From IMG/VR virus record IMGVR_UViG_3300008266_011401: a stretch of 20,000 bases of DNA. The stretch is one strand, 5' to 3'. Every line of letters begins with the position of its first letter. Within the stretch, counting starts at the first letter, position 1. Below the pieces are notes generated by a model. It worked only from the letters and a program-made list of their open reading frames with translations, was not told where the DNA came from and searched no databases. This stretch comes from an uncultured virus (IMG/VR IMGVR_UViG_3300008266_011401). Lineage: Duplodnaviria > Heunggongvirae > Uroviricota > Caudoviricetes. A program made the position numbers and the translations under genes. Below are positions 1-8,756 of the stretch, piece after piece.

Positions 1-184
1 CAACATCATCCTCTTCTGGATTATCAATGATATTGAAGTTATACTTAAATCCCGAACAACCACCAGGTAATACCGAAATACGGAAATATTCACTATTTTC
101 CGCTTCGGAAAACTTTTTCATTTCACCCAATGCCGCGTTGGTGAAGGTAATACTAAAATCAGCCGCCTGTTGAACCGAATCCAT
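1..184 (-). CDS. iscA: IscA/HesB-family (A-type) iron-sulfur cluster carrier protein, N-terminal part; runs off the left edge
   Basis: Not in the ORF track. Manual translation from the ATG at 184 (preceded by GGGGAG) gives MDSVQQAADFSITFTNAALGEMKKFSEAENSEYFRISVLPGGCSGFKYNFNIIDNPEEDDV..., with the family hallmarks 'ITFTxAA' and 'RISVxxGGCSGFxY'. Overlaps the dUTPase 3' end by 26 bp. Confidence 0.9.
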   Translation of the reverse strand, partial: MDSVQQAADFSITFTNAALGEMKKFSEAENSEYFRISVLPGGCSGFKYNFNIIDNPEEDDV

Positions 185-578
185 TGCTCCCCCTTCCATC
201 TTCCGATGTGAGTTCAGTAACCTCTTCTACTGCAAAATCCACTGTTGGTATTAAGATTAGTTGTGCAATCTTGTCACCAATGTAAACTGTCTTAATATCT
301 GGTCCACCGTTGTGTAATGCTACCTGAATTTCACCTGTATATCCGTTATCAATTATACCCGCTACTACAAATAATTTTTTCTTCGTAGCGATGGAAGAAC
401 GATCACGAATAATACCACCATACCCAGCGGGAAATCCTATAGCGATACCGGTCTTTACCAATAATGTTTCATCTGGATATATTGAGACTTGTGCATTGGC
501 GTATAAATCATACCCCAAATCTCCAGCGTGTGCTTTTGATGGGAGTATAGCCGTGTCATATAATCTTTGTACTTTCAA
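159..578 (-). CDS. dut: Trimeric dUTPase
   Basis: Motifs 'GDLGYDL', 'RSS', 'GIIDNGYTGEI', 'GDKIAQL' and 'RGSNGFGSTG'. TTG start with an AGGAG Shine-Dalgarno (plus-strand ctcct at 586-590). Confidence 0.96.
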   Translation of the reverse strand: MKVQRLYDTAILPSKAHAGDLGYDLYANAQVSIYPDETLLVKTGIAIGFPAGYGGIIRDRSSIATKKKLFVVAGIIDNGYTGEIQVALHNGGPDIKTVYIGDKIAQLILIPTVDFAVEEVTELTSEDGRGSNGFGSTGG

Positions 579-607
579 GTTAGTGCTCCTGATATAATTA
601 GTTTTAA

Positions 608-886
608 TTATTTGTCAAATTTACCATTTATAACATCATTAATTAATTCGGTATATCCAGCTTTTGAATTTGCACCTGTTAACGATACAACATCAATATC
701 ATTTTTAAAGATAATAATTGTTGGAACTGATCGAACTTTATACTGCGTTGCCAAATCAGGACTTGCATCAACATCAACTGTTTCAAATGTAACTGCTGGC
801 ATTTCTTCCTGCAATTGCTTAAAAATAGGAGCAATCATTTTACACGGCGCACACCACGGTGCGGTAAATCTCATTACTTTAATCAT
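608..886 (-). CDS. trxA: Thioredoxin
   Basis: 'FTAPWCAPCKMIAP' active site and 'VRSVPT' cis-Pro motif; 92 aa; GAGG SD upstream. Confidence 0.95.
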   Translation of the reverse strand: MIKVMRFTAPWCAPCKMIAPIFKQLQEEMPAVTFETVDVDASPDLATQYKVRSVPTIIIFKNDIDVVSLTGANSKAGYTELINDVINGKFDK

Positions 887-895
887 ATTAACCTC

Positions 896-3800
896 TTAAA
901 AATTAATTCGGATACCTGCTTGCATTTGCCAACGTGATAACAAATCATCGTACTGATATGTTTTTACGGTTGGGTCGAAACTATACGTAGGTGTTCCACC
1001 CACTGCGCGTCCAGAACGGTATTGTAACGGATATACGTTTTGGTTATTGAGATTAGGAACGAAATACGACCTGCCCCACGAATCATTCAGTAAATTACCA
1101 ATATTCGCTATATCAAATGTATACTGCATTCTACCATGCGTTTCTGTTACACGAACATCTACTCTATGGTTCCACGGTGTTCTTCCACCATTACGTTCCG
1201 TGTACTGTCCTCGACGACTGTTTAAATATACATCATTTGATATAAACTTGTCAAGGTCTGCCCAGATTTGTGCTTCCGTTCGTGTATCGGTTTGTCCAGT
1301 AGGTCGTGCTGAAGGGACCAATTTAATTTCCGAGGCGTTTCGTGGTACATATAATAAGTCATTATGACTGGACCCATCTCCATTCAAATCACCCGAATAC
1401 ACATATGAGAACGGTGAACCAGATGCTCCTGTATACACTGCGGAAATTACGGTATTCTTTTTTACATTCCACGAGGCGTTAGACACGATTCTATGACGAA
1501 CATCATAGTTGGACCATGTTAATTCATATTCATTAGCTTTCACTAATTGATTATATTCTACGTGCGATTGAAATGAGTTACGTTGACCATTGGCCAAATC
1601 CTTTGCTTGACCATAGCTATACGCTGTCATCATATCCCACCGATTCCACTTTTTACTAAGATTTGCTGTTAAATTATACCGATATCCTAGATTGGTATTT
1701 TGTAATGCAAACACCGATGTGTAGGGATTTGTTGCCGTTGTGGACAATCGCGTTGAGGTGTATACAGGACGAGTATCAGCTCCTCCCAAATTACCCGCAG
1801 CTCCAGGTAATCCCACATTGGTGAATAAAATATCATTCAATGTTTTTGTATAGGTTCCATCTAACACCAACAATGCATCACCAGGAAGTTTAATATCCAA
1901 TGCCAAATTTCCACGTACCATTTGTGGTTGTACATATTTGTCCGTGATGATGTTCATTTCATAGTTGGTTGTACTACTCACGGAACGTTGACGTAGTGGG
2001 TCAACAATTAAAGGAACTGTGGTTGTTGGTCGGGCATCCACATTTCCTACCACCAAACCATTATGAATGAAGGGGTAAGCAAACCATGCGAATGGCATAC
2101 GTCCTTGGAACAATCCTGCACCACCACGAACAGTAACTTTATTTGTTTCCCAAATGAATCCCGCACGAGGCGCAATCATTAATGACGTACCATAATTGTT
2201 AGTAAACTTGGTATATGGTTGTGTCCCGTCCGTTAATGTTAGATTGGTAAACTCTGTCGCCTGTGTTGGTGTATCAATGATGTTCCAATCCGCACGAATG
2301 CCCAGACTTACTTTCAATCTGTCGGTTAGTGTAATTTCATCTTGCAGATACACGCTTGGTACTGCGATATTGAAATTCGCTCCAGGATTATTCAATACAT
2401 AATCTAAACTGTTATCCGTTAAATCAAAAGTGGAACGAATACGATTAGGTCTGTTAGCAAAGAATGATGCAATGTTTGAATATTGCCAACGTCCCGCATA
2501 TCCATTCACGAATGTGTACTGGACATTATAGAATTCATTGTGTGTACCCAAAGTAACTGTATGATTGTTCTTGGACCAGATTAAATTATCTGTGAGTTCA
2601 AACGTGCTAGTTCGGGTACGATACACCACGCCTTCACGATCTGCGCCAGCATTAATTTGTCCAAATTGAATATCTTGGATTTCAATCTGTGGTGCGTATT
2701 CTGAACCGTAAGGGTCACGATGGTCATTTACCAACGAATATCCTGCTAGTAAACTATTGGACACACCCACACCTAATTGTGATTTCAACTCTGCTACTGT
2801 GCTCAATGTTCTACTGATGTGATTGAAATCTTGTGAGGCAAGTTTATTTAATGCTTGACCACGTTCTAAATTACCTGCCGATGCATTAACAAAATTACTT
2901 CGAACTGTGAGAATGGAATTACCAACGTTCCAATCTAACCGCCCGAAGTATTTTTCACTATTTGCCTGAATGTTGTATGCTCCAATCGTACCAGGATCAA
3001 AGTTTGATATACCTGATTTTGCTGCAAATGAAATTAAACTATCTTGAATTTGTTGTGCAATTTCTTTACTTAACAATGCACCTTGACTTCCTGGTGCGAA
3101 TAGCACAGGGTCCGTTCTACGAGAAATTTCCGTATTGAAGAAATAGAACAATTTATCTTTGATTACAGGACCACCAATACGACCGCCGAATTGATATTCA
3201 TTGAATGATGATGGAATATCACCCGACAATCCATTTCCCACCAATTGCGGTGCTCTTCCAAAACTATAAATTGATCCTTCTTGTTTGTTTGTTCCCGAAC
3301 GAGTCACCGCATTAACACTACCGCCTGTGAAGTTACCAATCTTTACATCATATGGAGCAATAGCAACAGACACTTGTTCGATAGCATCTAATGAAATAGG
3401 TTGGGTACGTGATAGTGAACCTGGGGTTCCAGTAGGTACAGATGCAGTAGATTGACCAGATGACTGACTAAATCCGAATGCATCATTAGATGCTGCACCA
3501 TCAATAGTTAAGTTGTTATACCGATAATTGGAACCTGCAAATGACACACCATTACCTTGTGGTGTCATTCTGGTCATATCCTGCAAACTACGACCCAACG
3601 TTGGTAATACTTCCAACTTATCTCTATTTAACTGTGCAGTCACCCCATCTTTTCTTGCCTGCGCCGCTACATCGGAAACAACTTGTACACCCTCTAACTG
3701 TACAACAATCTTATCTAAAATAATTTCTTTATTAGTTGTTCTACCCAACTCAACGGAAATATCGCCCAAAGACTTTGGACGATATCCCAATGAAGTTATA

Positions 3801-4036
3801 GAAATAACATAAGGACTTCCTGGTTTCAGGTTAGTAATACTAAACTTACCGTATTCATTTGTACGTGTCATCACCTTTTGTGATGTTGGAACAAATGTGA
3901 CTGTAACCGTTGCATTACTAATAACATTACCAGTATTATCTTTTGTTATACCGCTTAAAGTTCCACTCGTAACCTGTGCGAAGGATGCGTTGGCGCACAA
4001 TACTGTCAGCGCAAGAATGCTCTTCAAAAATCTCAT
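896..4036 (-). CDS. TonB-dependent outer-membrane transporter, Oar-like, with N-terminal carboxypeptidase-regulatory-like domain
   Basis: Sec signal peptide (MRFLKSILALTVLCANASFA|Q); N-terminal 'GTLSG...ATVT...TNEYGKFSITNLKPGSPY' domain; plug motifs 'NNLTIDGA.SNDAFG' and 'PISLDAIEQVSV...YDVKIGNFTGGSVNAVTRSGTN'; many amphipathic beta-strands; 'DLNGDG' loop; C-terminal beta-signal ending in Phe (WQMQAGIRINF). GGAG SD. Confidence 0.92.
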   Translation of the reverse strand: MRFLKSILALTVLCANASFAQVTSGTLSGITKDNTGNVISNATVTVTFVPTSQKVMTRTNEYGKFSITNLKPGSPYVISITSLGYRPKSLGDISVELGRTTNKEIILDKIVVQLEGVQVVSDVAAQARKDGVTAQLNRDKLEVLPTLGRSLQDMTRMTPQGNGVSFAGSNYRYNNLTIDGAASNDAFGFSQSSGQSTASVPTGTPGSLSRTQPISLDAIEQVSVAIAPYDVKIGNFTGGSVNAVTRSGTNKQEGSIYSFGRAPQLVGNGLSGDIPSSFNEYQFGGRIGGPVIKDKLFYFFNTEISRRTDPVLFAPGSQGALLSKEIAQQIQDSLISFAAKSGISNFDPGTIGAYNIQANSEKYFGRLDWNVGNSILTVRSNFVNASAGNLERGQALNKLASQDFNHISRTLSTVAELKSQLGVGVSNSLLAGYSLVNDHRDPYGSEYAPQIEIQDIQFGQINAGADREGVVYRTRTSTFELTDNLIWSKNNHTVTLGTHNEFYNVQYTFVNGYAGRWQYSNIASFFANRPNRIRSTFDLTDNSLDYVLNNPGANFNIAVPSVYLQDEITLTDRLKVSLGIRADWNIIDTPTQATEFTNLTLTDGTQPYTKFTNNYGTSLMIAPRAGFIWETNKVTVRGGAGLFQGRMPFAWFAYPFIHNGLVVGNVDARPTTTVPLIVDPLRQRSVSSTTNYEMNIITDKYVQPQMVRGNLALDIKLPGDALLVLDGTYTKTLNDILFTNVGLPGAAGNLGGADTRPVYTSTRLSTTATNPYTSVFALQNTNLGYRYNLTANLSKKWNRWDMMTAYSYGQAKDLANGQRNSFQSHVEYNQLVKANEYELTWSNYDVRHRIVSNASWNVKKNTVISAVYTGASGSPFSYVYSGDLNGDGSSHNDLLYVPRNASEIKLVPSARPTGQTDTRTEAQIWADLDKFISNDVYLNSRRGQYTERNGGRTPWNHRVDVRVTETHGRMQYTFDIANIGNLLNDSWGRSYFVPNLNNQNVYPLQYRSGRAVGGTPTYSFDPTVKTYQYDDLLSRWQMQAGIRINF

Positions 4037-4076
4037 AAATCTCCGATGTATGGGTAATATAACCCGTTATTGTTTA

Positions 4077-5927
4077 TCAAACAACTTCACAGGCACCACC
4101 ACCACATGCTACCTCGCCAGACAGATTAGTACCATCTACGAATTCTACTACATCGTCTAGGTTGATATCGTGTAAATGCCCAATAAGTTCATTATAGGTT
4201 TCTTCGTTTACATCTTCGAATGGTGCTTGAATATATGAGTGGTCGGAATACGGGAGTACTGACAATGCTGTGAAGTTCTCGCGGTTTTCCCACATCCACT
4301 CACCCACTTCTTGCCATTCACCATCCTTAATAGACACGGTAACGGATACATTATTCTTATTTGCACCCTTACGATGACCTGGCTTCACCCATTCCTTCCA
4401 TACCTTAGATACACGCTTCAACAAATCCAATGCGGATTCCTGACGAGTGACCGCGCCTTCGGGTGCCTTTTGTGGCACTTCAATGACAGCTTGAAGATTT
4501 GGTTTAAAATACTCGTCTGTAATTAATTCTGGGTGATTAATTTTTAGATAGCTATAGATACTTTCATTCTTTCCAACACGGATACGACGAATGTAGTGCT
4601 TGTTATGCCAAGCGTGGATACCACTACTCGTACCCAAAACGAGGGACGATGTGCCTTCCGGCTTCACGGTTGTGCAACGGGCCGCTGGCATCGTACCAAT
4701 TATGGACGATACACGTGCATTCTCTTCCTTTACCATATTTGCAGCTTCCTTCATGTCGAGTTTCAACACTCCACCCGATGCGATTCCAGTCATACTCACG
4801 CCGATTAACGCTTCCTTCTCCGTGGTTCTCTTCCATATATCTCTCAAATAGTGAAAATCTGTGTACGATGCTTGTAATGTGCCAATAAATGCTGCTGCCT
4901 TTGCACGCGCATTCAAATCATCTTGATCAACAACATCACCAGCATGAATAGTGGTAAGATTACAGAATTGGAAAGGACGAAGTGAAATTTCTGCACACGG
5001 GTTCATGCCCCAATCCTTGTCATTTGTAAAGAAGAATCCAGGTTCACCAGAACCAGAGAGTTCAATCTTCTTCCACAATTCAAAGAATGTTTCTTCTTCA
5101 ACCTTTGAACGAACGATTACTGCACTATTATTTGCACGACCACGTTGTGGATTATTTTCCCACCAGTTGCCGAACTTACAAGTCAACATATCATCATCGT
5201 CAATGTCGAACAACGAAATCATAGCGGAACGACGAATTCCACCAGCAAGTACAGCGTCAGCAATATAGCATAGAATATCGTGGACTTCAATTGTGGTGAG
5301 CTTTTCACCATTTTGCTTACGGTCAAGAACTTTTTGAACATTATGTAAACAATCCTTTAATGGTTCTGGTCCTGGTGCCTTGCCACCGGAAGTGATAAGT
5401 TGTGCACCCTTTGGACGAATATCGGAAAAATCATATACTGGTAATGCCTTGCCCTTCATATACGCAGTAATCATTACCTTCACTGCATCTGCCCAACCTT
5501 CAATACTATCACCGACGAGATAACGACGGGACTTGGTGGGCTTATTAATTTCTGGGAGTTGCTCAATGTGATGACGTTGGACAGAATATCCTACACCTGT
5601 TCCAGACAACAAAAGGAACATTACTTCACTGAATGCGTCTACATTATCAATTGGTAAAAAGCAGCAATTGTATAAACGTGCATTGTTAATAGCAATTGGC
5701 TTACCAGCGAATTGTAAACTACGCATGGATGGAAGAATCTTTTTATCGTAAACAAATTTATAGGCGCTTTCTATTTCATCCTTTAAGTTTGGATACTTCT
5801 CCAAATGCATTTCTTTATTTCTATCAACTAATTCTTTCCAGTTTTCTCTACGTTGTAGTTCTGGATTATATTTTGCATACTTCATAAACACTGTAATATC
5901 ACTTAAAATCTTTGCTTCAATCTGCAT
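4077..5927 (-). CDS. nrdJ: Class II (adenosylcobalamin-dependent) ribonucleotide reductase, monomeric RTPR-like
   Basis: 'LPSMRSLQFAG', 'YNCC', 'GTGVGYSVQ', 'GGIRRSA', catalytic 'NPCAEI', 'TTVKPEGT' and C-terminal redox pair 'ACGGGACEV'. 616 aa, no ATP cone, no adjacent beta subunit. Confidence 0.92.
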   Translation of the reverse strand: MQIEAKILSDITVFMKYAKYNPELQRRENWKELVDRNKEMHLEKYPNLKDEIESAYKFVYDKKILPSMRSLQFAGKPIAINNARLYNCCFLPIDNVDAFSEVMFLLLSGTGVGYSVQRHHIEQLPEINKPTKSRRYLVGDSIEGWADAVKVMITAYMKGKALPVYDFSDIRPKGAQLITSGGKAPGPEPLKDCLHNVQKVLDRKQNGEKLTTIEVHDILCYIADAVLAGGIRRSAMISLFDIDDDDMLTCKFGNWWENNPQRGRANNSAVIVRSKVEEETFFELWKKIELSGSGEPGFFFTNDKDWGMNPCAEISLRPFQFCNLTTIHAGDVVDQDDLNARAKAAAFIGTLQASYTDFHYLRDIWKRTTEKEALIGVSMTGIASGGVLKLDMKEAANMVKEENARVSSIIGTMPAARCTTVKPEGTSSLVLGTSSGIHAWHNKHYIRRIRVGKNESIYSYLKINHPELITDEYFKPNLQAVIEVPQKAPEGAVTRQESALDLLKRVSKVWKEWVKPGHRKGANKNNVSVTVSIKDGEWQEVGEWMWENRENFTALSVLPYSDHSYIQAPFEDVNEETYNELIGHLHDINLDDVVEFVDGTNLSGEVACGGGACEVV

Positions 5928-6009
5928 TTGCTTACTCCAAACTTACTCTATGTTAAATGGTTATGGTAAAATAAATAGGTTGCTTCTGTCTGAAAAAATT
6001 ATATGTTAC

Positions 6010-7416
6010 TTAATCATCCAAACTTTCTAGTCCACTCATTTCTGCTAGCTTTTTTCTCAAATTACTTCGTTCATCATTTGCTTGATTATCCATTTGTTTT
6101 TTCAAAAGGATACCCTTTGTGGACTTCTCATCATAAATATTGATTTGACCGATACTTGTATCCATTACGACAGGGAAAGTTTGTCCGTCTGCGCCAAATC
6201 TATTTTTAATGATATGGGCACGTCCTGTCTTATTGACTTTATCCTCTAACTTTCTGCTCAGAGAAATAACCAAGTCTGCCGTCATAATCTTATTATAACT
6301 TTCGGAAATCTTATCTGCTTGAATTACATCGTCTTGAATAGAACTTCTCTGCGTCTGCGAAGCAGTCCAACACGGAATATTCAATTCTCCAGCGATACCA
6401 CGAAGTTCTTCGTAAATTGCACCAAGTTCTTGATACCGTGCATCTACTCGTTCTGCTGACCTCAATAGGTCTGCGTAGTCAACCAACATAATATCTGGTT
6501 TATATCCCAATGCAGTTAACTGTTGCACGTGTGCCATTAGTGTATTACACGTTGCACTTCGAGCAGGATAATACTTAATAATTAATTGTCCGTTAATCTG
6601 TGACACCACATCTTTGACTGTATCAACGTTATCTGGAATCTTACCAGGTTCAATACCAGTGAAAATAGTATCATAACGAATACCGACATAATTTTCATTT
6701 AGTTCAAGTGTGTAATGAACAACACGTTTTCCTTTCTTCAATGCGTTTGCACCGATGGTAGACAATGCCCAACTCTTACCAATACCCGATGGAGCAGCGA
6801 TAACACCAAGTTCACCACCACCCAATCCACCACCAGTAATTGCATCAATTACGTCCCAACCAGTTGCCACAGTATCACGAGAAATGCGAGCCAAACGACC
6901 CTCAATATCTTCTGACCAGTTTAGACCGATTTCCTTTGGTTGACCACTACGAAGGGCATTATCAACTACGGTTTTAATTGCATTATAGTCGCCACTTTGC
7001 AATAAATCTACCGATTTAATAATTGCTGATTTAAGTGATTGGTTACGAGCGAAATCAAGAAACTTATCACGAACATATTGTGCATCGCTGTCTGTAACCT
7101 TGGTGACAACCTTTCTGAGCAGTTCGATAGTTCCCGCACGAAGAGAATCATCACTCTCGTGCGATAGTTCGATCTTAAAATATTCTAATGTTGGTAAAGT
7201 GCGGTATTCGTTGTAATATGTTAATGTTTTCTTCGCAAGCCATTTACCGGAATCACTGTCAAAGAAGTATGGATTGATGACATCAAACGATTGCTCTAAA
7301 AAGTCAGGAGCTGAAATAATAGATGCTAATACTTTTGTTTGGAATTCAATTCCATACTTTGAAAGATTGTCTACATTACTATCATAGTTTTGTGGTGCTG
7401 CTACTATTGGAACCAT
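6010..7416 (-). CDS. Replicative SF4 DNA helicase (DnaB / T4 gp41-like)
   Basis: Walker A 'APSGIGKS', 'HYTLEL', Walker B 'VDYADLL', 'WTASQTQR', 'IIKNRFG'. GAGG SD inside the upstream gene (35-bp overlap). Confidence 0.93.
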   Translation of the reverse strand: MVPIVAAPQNYDSNVDNLSKYGIEFQTKVLASIISAPDFLEQSFDVINPYFFDSDSGKWLAKKTLTYYNEYRTLPTLEYFKIELSHESDDSLRAGTIELLRKVVTKVTDSDAQYVRDKFLDFARNQSLKSAIIKSVDLLQSGDYNAIKTVVDNALRSGQPKEIGLNWSEDIEGRLARISRDTVATGWDVIDAITGGGLGGGELGVIAAPSGIGKSWALSTIGANALKKGKRVVHYTLELNENYVGIRYDTIFTGIEPGKIPDNVDTVKDVVSQINGQLIIKYYPARSATCNTLMAHVQQLTALGYKPDIMLVDYADLLRSAERVDARYQELGAIYEELRGIAGELNIPCWTASQTQRSSIQDDVIQADKISESYNKIMTADLVISLSRKLEDKVNKTGRAHIIKNRFGADGQTFPVVMDTSIGQINIYDEKSTKGILLKKQMDNQANDERSNLRKKLAEMSGLESLDD

Positions 7417-8458
7417 TAGAGAACCTCGTTAGTGGAACAAATGTGGATGTTAACCACATATCGTAATTCGGGAAGTTAGATATAACTTTACTGCGTATGA
7501 GCAACTTTGTCAAGTCCATCTTGCGTAAATCTGTCTTAGTTGTATCCAACTTATGAATAATTTTCATCTTTGCATCAGTAGAAATATTCACATCACGTAA
7601 TTGCATTAATTGCATATTACGTTCTATAACATCTTTATTATCTAAAATATTTTCAATTAATTTTGGTTTCTTTTTTACATCAGTATATTTTTGTTCTATA
7701 AAATTGTAGTCTACCATGTCGGAATTATCTAACAATTCTGGTAATAGTTTAAGAACTGTTTTTTCTCCCGCCCCACGGATACCATCAATATTATCACTCT
7801 TGTCACCAAGTAACGCTCGATAATGTACGAAATTATCGGGATGAACGCCGTATGCTTCTATTACGGTATTTACATCAAACGTCTTTTTCTTAACAGGATT
7901 ATATACTCTGGTAGTTTCTGTAACCATCTGCAAGAAATCTTTATCTGTTGAGTAGATAATAGATTGTCCACCTTGTGCGGTAACCATTTCCGATGCATAT
8001 GCAATCACATCATCCGCTTCGATGTTGTCCATAGTAAATACCGTTACTGGTAAACACTCCAACATTTCTACCAACGTTACCAGTTGATATTTCATATTTT
8101 CCGTTTCTTGCTGTTCGGTTGTCATATCATATTGACGATTCAACCGAGTTGGTGGTTTACGATTTGCCTTGTAGTCAGGATAAATTTTTCTTCGTCGTTG
8201 ACTACCACCCTTACCATCAAACACAATAACAACACGAGTGGGTTTAAAATCACGTATAACCGAACCAATACTTTTTAGAAATCCAGACATTCCACCAATA
8301 TGATTTCCATTGTCATCCAATGTTGGAATTGCTGCATAACTTCTAAGGAAGGTGTTCAAAGCGTCAATCAGGAGGACACGACTGTTGTAGGTCATTCCCT
8401 CCTGATTGTTATTTTCGAAATTCATTGATGCAAAAACCTTTTGTAGATCACTCATCAT
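7382..8458 (-). CDS. 5'-3' exonuclease / flap endonuclease (PolI N-terminal domain or T4 RNase H-like), stand-alone
   Basis: 'LLIDALN', 'VFDGKGGS..RRKIYPDYKANR', 'EADDVIA', 'STDKDFLQ' and the H3TH motif 'LLGDKSDNIDGIRGAGEKT'. Confidence 0.93.
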   Translation of the reverse strand: MMSDLQKVFASMNFENNNQEGMTYNSRVLLIDALNTFLRSYAAIPTLDDNGNHIGGMSGFLKSIGSVIRDFKPTRVVIVFDGKGGSQRRRKIYPDYKANRKPPTRLNRQYDMTTEQQETENMKYQLVTLVEMLECLPVTVFTMDNIEADDVIAYASEMVTAQGGQSIIYSTDKDFLQMVTETTRVYNPVKKKTFDVNTVIEAYGVHPDNFVHYRALLGDKSDNIDGIRGAGEKTVLKLLPELLDNSDMVDYNFIEQKYTDVKKKPKLIENILDNKDVIERNMQLMQLRDVNISTDAKMKIIHKLDTTKTDLRKMDLTKLLIRSKVISNFPNYDMWLTSTFVPLTRFSNGSNSSSTTKL

Positions 8459-8753
8459 TACTCTCTGCCGTCGAGTTCATAAACCCCAATTTTTGTGCAA
8501 GTGCAATAATTTCATTATCATCCATTGCGTTAATATCCAATCCTTCAAGTTCTTGAAGAATGGGGTCATTTGCAGTAACCGATAAGTTTGCTTCAAACGG
8601 AACTGGTACCACAGGTTGCGAAATTGCAACCTGTGGCGTCATTACATTATTGTATGACATTAGTTTCCGTCGAAGTTGTAATTCAAACTTATCTACATCA
8701 CCCGATGCGTTGGTAAATGCTTCAAGTGCAATAGATATGAATTCTTCTAACAT
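8448..8753 (-). CDS. Hypothetical small acidic protein
   Basis: 101-aa ORF filling the gap between recA and the exonuclease and overlapping the latter; no recognisable motif. Confidence 0.7.
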   Translation of the reverse strand: MLEEFISIALEAFTNASGDVDKFELQLRRKLMSYNNVMTPQVAISQPVVPVPFEANLSVTANDPILQELEGLDINAMDDNEIIALAQKLGFMNSTAESNDE

Positions 8754-8756
8754 ATA

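Noticed and set aside
591..618. Second sigma70 promoter (TTGACA at 618-613, minus strand) before dut
   Set aside because: The best -10 is TATATC at 16 bp, lacking the conserved final T, and the start site would fall on or after the SD.
4037..4076. Terminator between nrdJ and the TBDT gene (GGGT-tatatt-ACCC hairpin)
   Set aside because: Only a short stem with no U-tract; read-through is more likely.
5928..6009. Cobalamin riboswitch upstream of the class II RNR
   Set aside because: The region is only 82 nt and AT-rich, with no B12-box or conserved core.
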